Shown here piece after piece: positions 62,643-64,000 of a stretch of DNA of 64,000 nt. The notes under the pieces are model-generated. The model did no database searches, was not told where the DNA came from, and was given only the letters and a program-made list of their open reading frames with translations. This DNA comes from Dehalococcoidia bacterium (GTDB lineage: Bacteria > Chloroflexota > Dehalococcoidia > SHYD01). The position numbers were made by a program, and so were the translations under genes. Position 1 is the first letter of the stretch; each line of letters opens with the position of its first letter. The stretch lies in assembly GCA_009692945.1 (NCBI GenBank), contig SHYD01000003.1, forward strand, positions 15,459-79,458, read 5' to 3'.

Positions 62643-64000
62643 TCGGGAGGTTCGGGCGACGGCCGGCTTCAGCGGATGCCGCTGCTGAAGCGGACGCCAA
62701 CTATCGACAAGCCGGCGCCTGGATCGCGCTGCATCACCGGACGCTGCTGGCGGCACTGCTGGCGTTGAGTTTCGCCTCACATGTCGTGATGCTTGATTCG
62801 CCACCGATCCCCCTGTTTGATGAGGGAGGGTCCTACGTCCCGGCGGGGAGGGCGATAACGGCGGGCCTGCCCGACCCCAATTTCGAACATCCTCCCCTGG
62901 GCAAATTGGCCATCGCTTCGGGTATGGCCGTGTTGGGTGACAATCCTTGGGGTTGGCGCATTGTCGCCGCGATCACAGGGACCGTGGGGGTGTTTTTCAC
63001 CTTCCGGTTGGGCGCTGCCGTCTGGGGGGTCGGTGGGGGCTGGATTGCTTGCGGCAACGCTCCTCTCCGTTGATTTCCTGTGGCTGGCCTTCTCCAGAAT
63101 GGCGATGCTGGATATCTTCCTCGCCGGGCCATTAGTCGCGGCGCTGAGCCTGGCCTTTGACTGGCGTGAGCGTCGCAGCGGGTGGGCGCTGGCCGGCAGC
63201 GGCCTGTGCCTCGGCGTGGCGACGGCGGCCAAATGGTCGGCGGCCTGGGCGTTTCCAGTGGTGCTCCTGCTGGTTTGGTTCTGCCGGCCGGGTGGCCCGG
63301 GGCATCGGGCGCTATGCCGCACCGGCCGCGTTGTGCGCTGCGGCGGCCGTGGGGTATCTCGGCGTATGGATCGCCTACGGGTTGCAGTCTGGGCAAGAAG
63401 TGTCTCAACTCGCGCTGAGACACCTGCAGATGATCAACTACCAGGCGGTCGCTGGCGGGAAGCCAGAAAGCCTCGTCGCCAACCTGCTGGCTCCCGGCCG
63501 CTGGCTGCTGAATGAACCACTCGTTCTGGCCTCCAGGGGTGACGCTACTCACTGGCAATTGTTGATGAGCAACCCGCTGGTGTTCTGGCCGGGCGTGGCG
63601 GCTGCGATCTGGGTTGGGTACAGGGTGGCGCGGAAGCGGAGCGCAGGAGAGGTGTTCCTGCTGGCTTCGGTGTTAGCGCTCTACCTCCCATGGTTCGCGC
63701 TGCCGAGAATCAAGTACTTCTACTACCTGTTGCCGGTGCTGCCCTTGCTGGCGGCCGCGGCGGGAGGCGGCCTGTTGAGGTTGCTTCCGCAACCCGGACT
63801 GCCGTTAACGCGGCCGGCACGCTACCGGCTGTTGCTGGTGGTGGCCCACCTGGGGCTGGCGCTGGCGTTCTGGGCGGGCTCGTTTCCCGCCGTCACGGGG
63901 ATGTGGCGGCGGGAACCTCGTTTCCCGCGCTCCTCACCATCGTTCCGCCAGGCATTCGCTCCCACCCCCCACCAGATAGATATTTGGTTGAATCAAGGGG
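62639..64000 (+). pseudogene. GT39/PMT-family (phospholipid-carrier-dependent) glycosyltransferase, interrupted by two +1 frameshifts and running off the window
   Basis: Family sequence continues across three frames. The first frame gives ...EHPPLGKLAIASGMAVLGDNPWGWRIVAAITG...AAVWG. It shifts at the G6 run 63024-63029 to SVGAGLLAATLLSVDFLWLAFSRMAMLDIF...AAKWSAAWAFPVVLLLVWF. It shifts again at about 63280-63305 to ...YAAPAALCAAAAVGYLGVWIAY...NPLVFWPG...LPRIKYFYYLLPVLP, which stays open to position 64000. Confidence 0.7.

Overview
High-GC (roughly 65-68% by eye) bacterial chromosomal window with about 53 protein-coding genes and no rRNA, tRNA or CRISPR array that I can support. All family calls come from reading the supplied translations, because no searches were run. 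Gene content (F420/LLM oxidoreductases, RNase J, tlyA-nadK, polyprenyl-phosphate enzymes) would fit Chloroflexota/Thermomicrobia or Actinomycetota, but that is only an inference. Left to right: (1) small housekeeping genes. (2) Two convergent MoxR AAA+ modules, one Bat-like (MoxR-DUF58-BatD-like-VWA-VWA/TPR) and one MoxR-DUF58-transglutaminase (TgpA-like). (3) UbiA-type prenyltransferase, tlyA, nadK. (4) A ~19 kb envelope-glycan cluster on one strand: four GT4/GT2 transferases, two methyltransferases, AsnB-like amidotransferase, UPF0104 flippase-like protein, a 1128-aa polytopic protein, a GT39-like GT-C enzyme, a CapK/PaaK-like ligase and DUF362. An ECF sigma/anti-sigma pair follows. (5) A patchwork of single-gene accessory units: Rieske oxygenase, orphan NorD-like VWA protein, MFS, two LLM oxidoreductases, YeeE pair, RHH-PIN toxin-antitoxin, split methylmalonyl-CoA mutase, intradiol dioxygenase, an HslV/proteasome-beta-like orphan, RidA, FMN reductase, OCD, TauE. 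(6) UDG4, rnj, ftsK, cyclophilin, a methyltransferase and a frameshifted GT39 gene running off the window. The most striking unexplained signal is a dense family of ~160-bp GC-rich, hairpin-rich intergenic repeats, present at 11 or more loci. One 91/92-identical inverted pair brackets a single LLM gene.
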